Notes: generated from the letters alone by a model not told the origin. A stretch of 64,000 nucleotides of DNA from Macrostomum lignano (GCA_002269645.1 NIVC01002358.1:62001-126000); one strand, 5' to 3'; positions 1 to 11,701 are shown, counted from the first letter of the stretch. Made by a program: numbers and translations.

Positions 1-776
1 GCGCGCTCGTACAGCTCGCGGTTCTCCGCCCGCAGGCGCTGCAGATCGCGGAAACTGTCGCGCAGGCGCGCCAGCGTCTCGCTACCGCCTCCCCCGCCTT
101 TTTGTTCCGGTGGCTTCTGTGACGGCGGGTGCTGCTGTGGTGTCGGCGGCTTCGGCGACTGCACCGGCTGTTGAGCAGCTGGTTCTCCAGTGCGTCCAGT
201 TCGCTTCAAATGAATCTCCAAGTCCTTCCTGGCCTGCTGGATGACCAGCGGACAGTCGTCCGGGTCTAGCTGGCGCAGCTCGCGGCCCTCGGCGTCCCGC
301 TCCGTCAGGACGAACTCCGCCGACTGACTGGCCGCCTTGGCGCCGTAGGAGGCCAACAGCAGCTGCAGCACCTGGCCAGCGGTTGTCCGCCTGGACACGA
401 ACAGCGACTTGCAGTAGCCGCCAGGCATCAAGCAGGCGGCGTCGTGGATTTTCACCAGGCCGCCGGAGCGCATGTGCATCACCAGGGGGCTCGGCTTGCC
501 GCCATTGCTGCTTTTCTTGTTTCTGGATAGAAGCAGCTGTGGGAGCAGCTTGGCATCATCCGGGAGGCCGCCGCCGCCGCCGCCTCCGGGATCCAGAGTG
601 AAGTAGTACAGGCTGGGGTCCCTGGCGGCCATCCCGTGCCTGGCCAGCACCAGCCTGGCCAGATCCCTGGCAGTCATGCTCGGCTCGATCGCGAATTCCT
701 CCGGCTGGGAGGCGCCGCTGGCAAAGCTGGACTGGACTCGAACCCGCGCCGTCGGCGGCTGCTCCGCTGTTGGCAT
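1..776 (-). CDS. Tandem Ras-association (RA/ubiquitin-like) domain protein, 5' part; runs off the window edge
   Basis: Hand translation from ATG at 776 is open to position 1 (missing from the ORF track because it has no stop): MPTAEQPPTARVRVQSSF...EFAIEPSMTARDLARLVL...LYYFTL, then VKIHDAACLMPGGYCKSLFVSRRTTAGQVLQLLL...EFVLTERDAEGRELRQLDPDDCPLVIQ (RA-domain pattern), a Pro/Gln linker and a coiled-coil start (LARLRDSFRDLQRLRAENRELYER). Confidence 0.72.
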   Translation of the reverse strand, partial: MPTAEQPPTARVRVQSSFASGASQPEEFAIEPSMTARDLARLVLARHGMAARDPSLYYFTLDPGGGGGGGLPDDAKLLPQLLLSRNKKSSNGGKPSPLVMHMRSGGLVKIHDAACLMPGGYCKSLFVSRRTTAGQVLQLLLASYGAKAASQSAEFVLTERDAEGRELRQLDPDDCPLVIQQARKDLEIHLKRTGRTGEPAAQQPVQSPKPPTPQQHPPSQKPPEQKGGGGGSETLARLRDSFRDLQRLRAENRELYER

Positions 777-1862
777 TGTCGAGCGCGTCTGCAGTAGCTG
801 GCCGGCCAAACTGCTTCAGGCAGTGTCTGCTGAGACCCGCAGGTGAGCGCAGGAGAGCATTAATAGCTAATGGAAATTGCACACCCGCTGCCTCCTAAGG
901 TAGCTGCGCTGTGCGCCTTCGCCTCTTTCTGTCTGTCGCTTCCCTCCCCTCTCTCTCTCCCACTCTCTGCATAGGGCGTACAGCGCGAACCCGAACCCTT
1001 CCTGGCGAATGCCGACTCCATACTGACCAAAATGCGCTGCTTTGTGCAGCAGTATATGCTTTTCATTTTTCTTTACTGTCCCCACACTCTGTCCGCCCCT
1101 CTCTCTCTGTGCTGGGCACGCAACCACTGGGTGCCAGAGAGGCAGAGTTAGGTTTGCCTGCACTTGGCGAGCGAAAGAAGAAAGCTGAAAGGAGAGACGA
1201 GAGATAGAGAGACGCGCACTTGGGCCTCTAACTTGAATTGACACGATGAATAAAATGTCTGAAAGCGACGGAATGAGCAAGATTAAACGAATTGAAAGAA
1301 GAATTGGTTTAAAGAGAGACCAGGAAATGACCTGGATGATCGAGGATGGACCATAAGAAAACAAAGGACCAAAGAGTGGTCTACTAATGTAACCAATACG
1401 AGCTACCTAAAAATAGGCACGCTGGCCATTGAAAAATGGCATCACCAAGAGATAAACGGCAAAATGAAGACGAGGCCTCACACATTGCTCTTGCTCAAAT
1501 GAACAAATCAAGTTTAAAACTAAGTCTTGATATGCAGAAAGTTCTCAGTTCAGAATTAGATTGAAGTGGCCGCTGGAATGTGCTCGAGTCAATACGCCAA
1601 AATCTATGTTTGTCTTCAAGAACTGATGGGTTTGCCCGCCCTCAGAGATAGACAGCAGAGATAAGTTAGTTAAACACAATGAGCGATACAGACAGACAGT
1701 TTGACTGAACCATGTAGCTTGCAGACCTATCTATATATTTTATTATAAACCCAATGAGCAACGTTTTAAAAGAATACTAAAGCAAGCAAGCACTTTGGAG
1801 CATCATAAATTATCATAAATCAAGTGGGCAAGAATTCGCAGATGAAGGCTGTATCTACTTCT

Positions 1863-4800
1863 TCAGCTCCGCCGCTGTCGTTTCTCCAGCTCCAAAGCTT
1901 CGTCCACAGCCGCCTCGAACAGCTGCGAGTGCGGAATCGGCCTGGAAGTCTGGAATCCCCATTTGGGATAAACGTGGGCCAGCACAGGGCTGATTGCCCT
2001 GTTGTTAGGAAGCAGCTGACCTGGCGGATTGAGAGGAATTGTCACTAGCATTACCGCTAGTAGAGATAGTAAAATAGTAGCCTCTCCGCCAAGCACAGCC
2101 AATCATCAGCCACCCCACTCCGCCCAGCACAGCCAATCATCAGCCACCCCACTCCGCCCAGCACAGCCAATTATCAGCCACCCACTCCGCCTAGCACAGC
2201 CAATTATCAGCCACCCCACTCCGCCTAGCACAGCCAATTATCAGCCACCCCACTCGGCACTCCGCCTAGCAAGCCAATTATCAGCCACCCCACTCCGCTC
2301 CGCACAGCCAATTATCAGCCACCCCACTCCGCTCCGCACAGCCAATAATCAGCCACCCCACTCCGCTCCGCACACCCAATCATCGCCACCACCCCACTCC
2401 GCTCCGCACAGCCAATCATCGCCACCACCCCACTCCGCCCAGCGCAGCCAGTTATCAGTCACTCCACCTAACCCAACCAATAGGAAACCACTTCAGCACT
2501 CACTAAGTTGTTTGCCAAACAGCGGCTTTCCTAGCTTTTTCTGCGGCATGTTTAGGTGCATCTGTCGCTCCCAGGTCGCCGAGGCGGGGCCCAGCCTGTC
2601 TGCGCACACTGCCAGCCCAAGATTGTCTGGCAGCATCTCGGAGGCAAGTAGGCGCGGCCTATTACGCTCAATATCAAAAGGCACCGCCTCGTGGAAAGCT
2701 CGATTAGTTGATTCAAGGCATTGCCGAAATTTTTTTATTGCAGAGTCTGACGGGCCGCGAAGCAGCAGAAGGGAGTAGCGACACCACCTGCTCAATTTGG
2801 CAGACTGATTTTACTATTAAATATGAATAGACAGGGATTGGAAATATTATTTTGTGCTTCATTTTTACAACCTTACTACATTAGATGGAATGGTGAGCGC
2901 TTTGGGGTGGTGGGCGTTGTGGGGTGGTCGGCTGTGGGGTGGTGGGCACTGTGTGGTGGTGGGCGCTGTGAGGTGGTGGGCACTGTGTGGTGGTGGGCGC
3001 TGTGGGGTGGTGGGCACTGTGTGGTGGTGGGCACTGTGGGGTGGTGGGCACTGTGGGGTGGTGGGCACTGTGGGGTGGTGGGCGCTGTTCAGTGGTGGGC
3101 ACTGTGGGGTGGTGGTCGCTGTTGTGTGGTGGGCACTGTGGGGTGGAGGGCGCTGTTCAGTGGTGGGCACTGTGGGTGGTGGTCGCTGTTGTGTGGTGGG
3201 CACTGTGGGGTGGAGGGCGCTTAAAACAGATTTGAACTAAGGAGAGTAGTTTTGATTAATATGTCTTCGGGCTGTTTCAAGTGTACAGTTTTATTTAGAA
3301 AAATTTCAGCTATTCATAGTATTTATAGACGGGTATTGTCTCCACTCACTTCACCACCCGCTTGACAATGATGCGCCTAGTGAAGATAAGCTCGCAGGCG
3401 CAGCGTAGCGCAATTGCCCGGTACTTGGGCGCATTGTCCAGCAGGTCAGCCAAGGCCGGACTCTTTAGCGGAAGCAGCATCGCCTCGTCTGATACGCTGG
3501 CCACCATGATGCTGAGATGGCCTATGGAGAGTCAGATTCAGAAACTGTTGTTTAATGCTAGATTTACTGATTTGCTGTTCCAGATACCCGATTCCAGATA
3601 CCCGATTCCAGATACCCGATTCCAGATACCCGATTCCAGATACCCGATTCCAGATACCCGATTCCAGATACCCGATTCCAGATACCCGATTCCAGATACC
3701 CGATTCCAGATACCCGATTCCAGATACCCGATTCCAGATACCCGATTCCAGATACCCGATTCCAGATACCCGATACTCAATTCCGCAGCACCGATCCCAG
3801 ATACCATGAACAAGTCTTCCAGTCACGATCCCAAAGACCCGGTCTCCAATTTCCTGAGATCGGAGTTCAGTGCTAACGCTTGCCATTGTACTCACCAAAC
3901 ACGAGGCTCGGAGATTTCTTCACTGCAGCCATCGGCTGGGTCAGAATTCGAGGCGGCGGTACTGGGAACGTGTGCGACTCACCCTCGAGCTGCAATGGTT
4001 GAGTTTATTATTTTTTTGGTTTTCTAAAAGTAGACTAACTTGAATCATGAGCGTATTAAATGAACGAACTAATTTCTAAAATATAGCATGGTTTGTAGTC
4101 GCAAACTCGCCTCAGCTTTCATCTCATTATCGTCATCGGACTCCTCCTCGCGAGATTCTTCGCTTGTCTCGTTTGGCGATCCGGCCTCCAGCTCAACTTC
4201 CTTCGTTTCCGATTCGTTTCCGTCCTGTGTGTCATCGGTTGTGTTCGTCGGCTTGCCCTCCGAGCTCCTGGAGAGTTTTTTTGAGTTAGAAGCTGAGAAA
4301 TTAATCCAATAATCAAACATTTTCTCACGTTGTAGGAGTCGCCTTAGAATGAGGTTGGTGCGGAGCGAGGTGGGTGCGGAGCGAGGTGGGTGTGGAGTGA
4401 GGTGGATGCGGAATGAGATGGGTGCGGAATGAGGTTGGTGCGGAGTGAGGTGGGTGCCGAGTAAGGTGGGTGCGGAGTGAGGTGGGTGCGGAGTGAGGTG
4501 GGTGCGGAGTCATGTCGGCTTTTCATTCACTGCGCTAGTTATTGCATTCATATAGCGACAATAATTATTCAACCTAAACTCACAATTTTTGTCGAAAGTC
4601 AACTTCAAATTTTGGTGCCGAAGTTGTGATGGCGGAACTTTCTGTAGCTCCGCCCTGTTTAAAATCGACCTCAAATTTCGGCATCGACGTTGAGCTGTCC
4701 GGCTGACTTTTCTCCGTTTGTGTGGACTGCTGATTGAAGTCCAACTGCACATTGGGCTGGCTTGACGAGGAAAGCGTCTTGCCCTGGAACTCGTAGTCTG

Positions 4801-5204
4801 TGCCCGGCTGCTCAGCCTGTTGGATTTCCTGAGCGGCGGAGTCCGACTGCGTCGACGGCCTGCCACGGAACTCGTAGTCCGTGCCCAATGGAGGATCCTC
4901 CTGCTGGGGACTCTCGCCTCCAGCTGGCGGTGTGGCGACAAGCTGAGCAGAGGCAGACAGGCTGAGTTTGCCTCGGAATTCGAAGTCTGTATTGAGCCGG
5001 TGCGGCTGCTGCCCAGACGGGGTCGCACCGTCGGATGGCCCGTTGAGGCTGAAAAATTATCACATTCATAAATGTATAGCATTCATACAATATAGGAGTC
5101 AGTGGGACGGTCCAGGCAGAATCGCCGCCGTGTTTTAACGTGCTCTTCGAGAGATTGCAAGTCCAAGCCTCTCGATATTTTAGAGCTGGACAACGGTGCT
5201 CCAT
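1863..5204 (-). CDS. 8-exon orphan gene, ~494 aa, with repeated TD[FY]EF[RQ]G and PKFEVDF motifs and an acidic tract
   Basis: Exons 5204-5089, 5048-4584, 4267-4111, 3989-3896, 3853-3805, 3511-3350, 2787-2504, 2020-1863 join in consistent phase to 1485 nt with no internal stop. ATG context is gcaccATGG. Donors are GT except one GC (GAG|gcgagt at 4110). Includes 40- and 42-nt introns. No family recognised. Confidence 0.68.
2090..2470. repeat. Intronic minisatellite, ~34-bp unit (cagccaattatcagccaccccactccgcctagca)
   Basis: About 11 diverging tandem copies inside the last intron of the orphan gene. Confidence 0.9.
2900..3215. repeat. Intronic G-rich minisatellite (ggtggtgggcactgtg-based)
   Basis: Tandem degenerate units within the intron at 2788-3349. 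Confidence 0.88.
3578..3774. repeat. 14-bp tandem repeat (cagatacccgattc), ~14 copies
   Basis: Near-perfect array inside the intron at 3512-3804. Confidence 0.95.
4345..4510. repeat. 16-bp minisatellite (gtgcggagtgaggtgg)
   Basis: About 10 copies in the intron at 4268-4583. Confidence 0.88.
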
Positions 5205-5419
5205 GGTGCTCAGGTTTTGTCCTCACAAGACAAAGGGCAGTCAAAGCCAGCTTGCGGCGACTCCGCAGTTCCTTGCGAGGTGGGGTAAGTTCCATTGTGC
5301 AAAGCCGGCCGTGAGGCAATGCTAACCACTCCGCCGACTCCATTGAGCGGCCACACACGCAGAGGTACACTTTTACAAGTACATACTGCTCTTTATTGGT
5401 TGGCAGTGTAGAGTTTGAC

Positions 5420-5720
5420 TGTGGGGGTGTGTGTGCGGAGCGAGGTGGGTGTGGAGTGAGGTGGGGTGTGGAGTGAGGTGGGTGTGGAGCGAGGTGGGTG
5501 TGAAGTGAGGTGGGTGTGGAGTGAATTGAGGTGTGTGCGGAGCGAGGTAGTTGTGGAGTGAGGTGGGTGTAGAGCGAGATGGGTGTGGAGTGAGGTGGGT
5601 GTAGAGTGAGGTGGGTTTGGAGTGAGGTGGGTGTGTAGTGAGGTGGGTGTGGAGTGAGGTGGGTGTGGAGTGAGGTGGGTGTTGAGTGAGGTGCGTGCGG
5701 AATGAGGTGGATGTAGCTCG
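5420..5720. repeat. 16-bp minisatellite (gtggagtgaggtgggt), same family as 4345-4510
   Basis: About 18 degenerate copies upstream of the orphan gene. Confidence 0.88.
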
Positions 5721-6031
5721 TAGAATGAGAGGTGTGTGCGAGTTGAATTCAAGCCAAACCTTAATGTGGCCAACAGTAAAACAGAATCGGGGCCGTATTT
5801 GGGGAATACAAAGTACAAAGAACATCGGCATTCACACAAATTCATCCATATTTCAATTCAATAAACTCACGAATTTGAACGACACAGGAGTGAATTCACT
5901 GCTCGAAATTGATCTATTCTCATTGAACCAACTCGGTTGAGCCTGAGCTGACTTCTTTGCATTGCGTCATCGAATGCCGTATTCGTTGTTGACTCCTCCG
6001 TAGCCCTTGATAAATGTTGTTTAGCCTTGAC

Positions 6032-6469
6032 GGGTCGCTTTCACAAGTGCTAATTTTCATAACCGCTAACGACATTGACTTTCACAAGCGCTAAATTTCA
6101 CAAGCGCTAAACTTCACATTAGCTACGAATTTATCACCTACTTTCACAAGCGCTAAACTTCACAAACGCTAAACTTCACAAACGCTAAACTTCACAAACG
6201 CTAAACTTCACAACCGCTAAAACACAAATGTCGCCTATTTTCACAAGCGCTAAACTTCACAAACGCTAACCTTTACAATCCCCCAAACACGAATGTCGGC
6301 TTTTTTACAAGCGCTAAAATGTTAATATACTATAATAATTTCCCTGTCTACTTTGACAATGTGAAGTTTAGCGCCTGTGAAAGTAGGTGGTTTCGCTATT
6401 CTGGAGTTTAGCGCTTGTGAAAGTAGGTGAGTTAGCGCTTATGAAAATTAGCGCTTGTGAAGCCTCTCC
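6032..6469. mobile_element. Non-autonomous foldback-type MITE built from TTCACAAGCGCTAAA subrepeats
   Basis: Direct repeat GCCTTGAC at 6024-6031 and 6470-6477 (putative TSD). The left arm tttcacaagtgctaattttcataaccgctaa is inverted relative to the right arm ttagcgcttatgaaaattagcgcttgtgaag. Both ends begin GG. Superfamily (Merlin/MULE-like) is uncertain. Confidence 0.75.
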
Positions 6470-7706
6470 GCCTTGACGCTTAAATTATTAGAATCATGTG
6501 ATAAGGCAACTTGATGAAGGAAAACTAACCGAATTTCACTTACACACTCGCCGTACTTGTTGTCGCATTGCGCTGACCCTGGATCTAAAATTTAGCCGTG
6601 ATGGAATAACTATGGACCCATCTGCACTCGTACTGATATCGTTTGGTAAACTCGTATTTAAACAGGCAGAGTAAAGTTCTTTCATGTACTTACAAAAAGC
6701 AGGTGCATGTCTGGAGGAGCCCGAATGATCTGCTATTGAAATGCAGCAAAGTGTGACTCGCCATGAGATATCTCACTCATTCGTTTAAGTATTCCCATCG
6801 CATTAAATAAAGGGCTGAGGTCATAGACAAAGTATTTTCAATGCATTAATTACTTCCGTATAAAGTTAAACTTTTTGACTCAGATAGAGAACCCAGCGCA
6901 TAACTGCGGGCCAGAGGAAGGGAGAGAGGGAAGGGAAAAGAGAAGAGAGAAGAGAGATAGGAGAAAGGAGAGGCGAGGGAATAAAGACGAGAGGAGAGGG
7001 GTTGACCCTCTGCGCTCGCTGATTGGCTGGTTTTTTTTCTCTCACCCTCACCCCCATTGCGTATTTTCTCTCTGCCCCAGCCGTTCGGCGTGGCTGAGGA
7101 CAACCCCAGGCCTTTACGCTGATTGGCCGCTGTCCTAACATCTCTTCCCCTACCAGTTTATGCCCTCAAGCTTTAGGACAATGCAATTTGACTGCAAGAC
7201 CACTGCTGACTCTACGAGTAAGTCTTCTAGGTTGTCAGTGCAGCGGTTACATTCAAATGATCATAAAAAGTCCGCATCCGCATTAATATGAATAGCCTCA
7301 TAAGCTTTCACATTCTAGCCAATAAATAGACAGTAGCTTAGTATATTTTAGTAGCTAAAAAACCAATTGCAGAGTTAAGTGCAAAAGACGAAAAAAAGAG
7401 ATAAACGCCTAATAATTACAAAAGCCATTGGGAACAAAAAGTGCAAAATGCAAAGCCACAGGTAGCAACCTCTGAGTACAATATGTTGCGTAGGCAATTC
7501 GCTACTAAGTTCAGATTTACAGCTTTTGATTCTAAATCTCCAATCAAAAGCTTTTAGCTAAACGGCTTCACAGATCGAAGCTACTAAAAGCCTTGTGGCT
7601 GAGCAGATTGAAACTACTAGAATACTGAGAGCATCAATTTTAGCACTATAAATATGCAAATCGTCGCACGCAGTTGTGGCTGAAGAACCCCGGAGCCCAG
7701 CCCAGC

Positions 7707-10520
7707 TCAGTCATGCCGAAGGCTCGTCCCCGCGGTTGTGGCTGAAGCGGCTGTGGCTGCATCAGCGTCAACGGCTGCAGCGGCAGCGGCTGCGCAGTCA
7801 GCCGGCTGGGTCTGCATCGCGCTGTGGCCGAACATCAGCGAGCGTATCGTCTCGTCCAGGTGGTTCACAGACTCGCGCACCGTGACGATCACTAAGCACC
7901 GAGAGCTGCCAGTCAAGTGCGGCTGCAGCAGGCGGGTGAGCTTGCTCTCACGGAAGCAGGGCCGCTGCCTTTTTCGCAGATCTTCGAACACCTTGCCCAG
8001 GCTGAGCAGTGACCGGTTGATGGCGGACGCTTCGCGAAGGCCGGCGCCGCACACGCCCGACTTCTGAACGGACTCGGAGCCCGCCAGGTCGCAGAGGGTC
8101 AGGGTGCTGGTCACCGACTGACTCGTGACTGTACAGGCGTCAGTGAGATGATGGTCTGGTTACTAAGTTAGTTTCGGTGAACTATCACTGACGTCTCACT
8201 GCTCAAAACGCATAATTCTCAAATTTTTTAATGATAAAGAAGAAAAACTCACGCTCAGAGGCAGCACCACTTTCGCCGCTGACCCGCAGCATGACAATCA
8301 CGTGACTTCGGGAGCTGACCCCATTGAGCCTGGTGGCCGAGTAGATTCGGGTCCGTTCGCAGCGCGCGATGCACCGGTCAATGTCGGCTTCGGACGTCAC
8401 CGGGATCTCCGTGAGGCCTTGGATTGCAGCCGCGCCGCTGACGTCAGTCATGAGTTTCAGCCCCTTCGGAGCGGTGCCGCCAGCGTTGGCTGCTCGAGGC
8501 GGTCGAAGGAGATCGCGAATGTCTTCGTTGTAGACCTCAACCGCGCACATTGCGAAGCTGAACTGCCAGCCGGAGCGGCCGCGGCAAGCCCGCAGCACGG
8601 AGGCGATGGCCAGACGGTTGACGCCCGGGTTCAGCTGATCGCCAACCATGGTGTGGGTCTTGCCTGTCTGGGAGCCGGTTGGGGAGGAAGCTGCTTGAAA
8701 GGATCGTAAAAATCTGTACAATAAGCTTTCTTGTTTAAGCCTGGTGACGCGTGTGACTCCCTGATCTACTTGATCTGATTGATGATGCATCCAGAATATG
8801 CTTTTCATTTGCCGGTCACGATTCTTTAGTCTGCAGCTGGGTCACTTCGATTCATCCGCTCCGAGGTTCATTGCTCTACTTTGGGGATCTTTTGCGACGA
8901 CTTGTTTTGCTCCTGCTGTAGATCGTAGCACGATTATTAAAGATCCCTAAGCAAGCCCTACAGTTTTCAATGACAATCACGAAAGCATCAGTTAGCCTCA
9001 CCGCTGCCCGTCTGTCCGTAAGCCATGATGCAGACATTGTGGCCGCTGCAGCAGGAGCCGACGAGCTCCGTCATGGCGCCGAACACGCAGGCGCTCGAGC
9101 TCTCCGGACCGAACACTCGTCGTAGTAAAAAGCGCGGCTGTCAAATGAGTTTAGACTGGCGTTGGCGCCGGGAACGCCGCGCGTCCGCAAGAGAATTTTG
9201 CACCTGCCGGCAACCTTCAACAGGCCGGCGCTATCGTCTGGGCGAATGCGCACAAAGATGCGCAGCTTGCCGCGTCGGTCGTCCGGAATCGCGCGACCGC
9301 CGGCCGCGCCATCCATCCCCCACGAGGCCACTGAACTCGGCGTCGACAACCGGCACCGCTGCTGATGCGGAGACGGCTGGCGGTGGCTGGGGAGCATCGT
9401 CATGGACATCGATCTAGTCGTGCGAGACTCCTCCTCGTCCAGGTCGCTCCTGTCGTCCTCTTTCGCAATTGAAGCTGCTTCAACTGCCGCTGTAGCCGCT
9501 GCCGTAGTTGCCGCGTGCAACTGCTCCGAGAGGTGGCACACCTGCAGCATTGCTTGATCTCTTTCAGTTTTCAGTCGGCGGGCGAGCTCCTTCAGCTGGC
9601 GGCGCTGCTCCTTGGCATCGCGTAGCACTCTCTTCAGCTTGGCTTGCCGAGCGCGCAGGCAGCGGTTTTCGCGCTCCGCCTGTTGTACGCGGTTGACCAG
9701 CTCTCCTACGAAGTCCTGGCTGGCGGCACTGGAGGAGGGATTGAGGGCCGGAGTGGTCCGGAGTGTGCATAGTCGTAAAATTTCCCACTTTATCTGCAAG
9801 GTGTCGAATAGCCGAGCTTGCTGCCTTATCGCCCAGATGTAGCGACATAATTATGAATTTTAGAGACTGCTAAATGGAGTAATTTGGTTTTACAAAAAAT
9901 CAGGAACCCTAGTAGGTAAAAAATGCAAATCATAAATTGGAACTTAGATTATCCGCTCACCGCTCTCTGCAGTCTCCAGTGCCTAGATCGCTGAGCCGCG
10001 GCAGATTCGTTGAGCTTTGGTCGCCGGCGGCACCGCTGCCTGCGACTCCCTGCTGCAACTGCGCCGCCTCTTCTAACGTCGCACGCAGCCGAGACTCGAG
10101 TTGACGCAGCTCGGCCCGCAGCGCAGGCGGACAGAGTCGCAGTCGCCTGTGGAAGTCGCTCAGTTGGTCGGTGCACTCAAAGGCGCGCAGGGCGGCGCAC
10201 TCAGCCGGTGCCAGATAGGCCTGCGGACCACGTTGAAGCCTTTCCGAAGCACCTGGTGGTTCATCGGTCGCTTCGGTGGAGGCTGCAAGCAGGCGACGCC
10301 GGTCGCGAGCCATGTTTGCCAGCGCGGCGGTCAGCGCGGATAGCAGGCGCGCCAGGCGCTCTCGGGCTGTTATCCACGGTCCCGTCGCCGTCTCATCTGT
10401 AGTAGCTGCTGCTGGTGAAGTTGGAGATGCTCCGCTAGCGCCGCCAGCACTGCAGGAAGCCGATCGGCTGTGGGAGCTTTGGCAGGCGGAGCCGAGGGTA
10501 AAGCGATCAGCCGCTGACAT
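7707..10520 (-). CDS. C-terminal-motor kinesin (kinesin-14/KIFC-like), 4 exons, one apparent 1-nt frameshift near 9118
   Basis: Exons ~10520-9961, ~9824-9002, 8663-8253, 8128-7707. Coiled coil, then neck RGKLRIFVRIRP; P-loop AYGQTGSG|KTHTM rebuilt across the intron at 9001-8664; switch I NGVSSRSH; switch II DLAGSE; EASAINRSLLSLG and FRESKLTRLLQ. The exon 2 acceptor is uncertain. Confidence 0.9.
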
Positions 10521-10759
10521 AGCAGTGGGCAGTTACACTAATTAGAGATGATTATAATTATGTTGATGGCTTACTGCTTAACCCAATTTAGTTATTAGCT
10601 ACTTTAGTAGACTTCTTTCGGGAAATGGTCTAATATCTGCATATTTAGATGGCAACGGTTTCAGCCATAGAAAGCACTAAAGAACAGGAGATTGCTGATA
10701 GGACTGAAATGAGTCCCTTATATGCCTTATTTTTGTTCAGCTAACAGCTTGGCTCAGTA

Positions 10760-11506
10760 TAGCATTTTGCAGCCCATTTGGGCTTACGCGCATTTAATTT
10801 AATCCAAGATACGTTTGCCAATGTAACAGAGCTTTTGTCTATGGTAGCAAGGCTGGCGCAGCGGCATTTAATTTGGTCCAAAAAGCATCCATTTGGTCCA
10901 AACACTCGTGAGCCATTGGACAAACTCTTGCCTTCTCTCAACCGTCTGCAGGTTGTTGCGCACCGCTGGAATGTCAGCGTCTCTACCAAAAGTTTTCAGT
11001 TGCTTTTCCAGAGCTCTGCTGTTAGTCGAAATCTGATAACCAACTGGAGCTGTTCCCTCAACTTCTGCTGCATTTTCTGAAACGTCAACAAAGGGTTCGT
11101 CTCCACTGCATCGAGTAGCAGTTGGACCTGAGGCTCTCGAGCAACTTTCCTTGGCGATTGCCACCCTTTCGCAGGCAATCTCTGCCGGAAGAGTTTCAAG
11201 GCGCTGCTGGATGTTGTAAACCACCTTTTCTTTTACATTCAGCAACCTTGCAATGTCCTTTGGGTGTTCACCTCCGTCGAGTGCTTCGATCACAAGCCAA
11301 TGACATCCGTTCAACAGCCTAGCATATGGTCCACAATTCTGGGACTGAGCTGAAAATGAACTAAATGGACCAAATTGATGCATGTTGGACCAAATTAAAT
11401 GCCGCTGCGCCAGCCTTGCTAACATAGACAAAAGCTCCATTACTTTGACATACGTATCTTGGATTAAATTAAATGCGCGTAAGCCCAAATGGGCTGCAAA
11501 AAGCTA
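10760..11506 (-). mobile_element. Internally deleted Tc1/mariner element (~143-bp TIRs, TA target duplication)
   Basis: tagcattttgcagcccatttgggcttacgcgc... from 10760 is the inverted copy of the sequence ending at 11506, with TA on both flanks. The interior encodes only a frameshifted paired-like HTH (VIEALDGGEHPKDIARLLNVKEKVVYNIQQRL...SPRKV...ETNPLLT); no DDE domain. Confidence 0.85.
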
Positions 11507-11561
11507 TATTAACTCAATCTAAAAAGAACGCACACATCGACCGACTGATATGCCTCTGGAT

Positions 11562-11701
11562 CAGGGGTCGGCAAACTCTATTCGGTCTCTCACCTCATTT
11601 CCCTTCTTCTCTCACACATCTCAATCTATTTTCTCTGCAGTCATGCGCTAGTCTCTAGTTTCTATATCTGGCCCTTAAATTGAAAAAATTGCCGACCCCT
11701 G
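11562..11701. mobile_element. hAT/Charlie-like MITE, 140 bp
   Basis: TIR CAGGGGTCGGCAA...TTGCCGACCCCTG. Flanks ctctggat and atctacga resemble the nTCTAGAn target consensus but are not an exact TSD. Confidence 0.6.

Noticed and set aside
3446-3898. Reading EIGDRVFGIVTGRLVHGH as an S1 or BTB domain start
   Set aside because: That frame is closed upstream by a stop and does not fit exon phases; the consistent model uses the NWRPGLWDRDW frame. The later LADLLDNAPKY...CACELIF resemblance to a BTB end is too short to call.
2090-5720. Consistent G-rich strand orientation of intronic arrays relative to transcription
   Set aside because: Arrays in the same gene occur in both orientations, so there is no rule.
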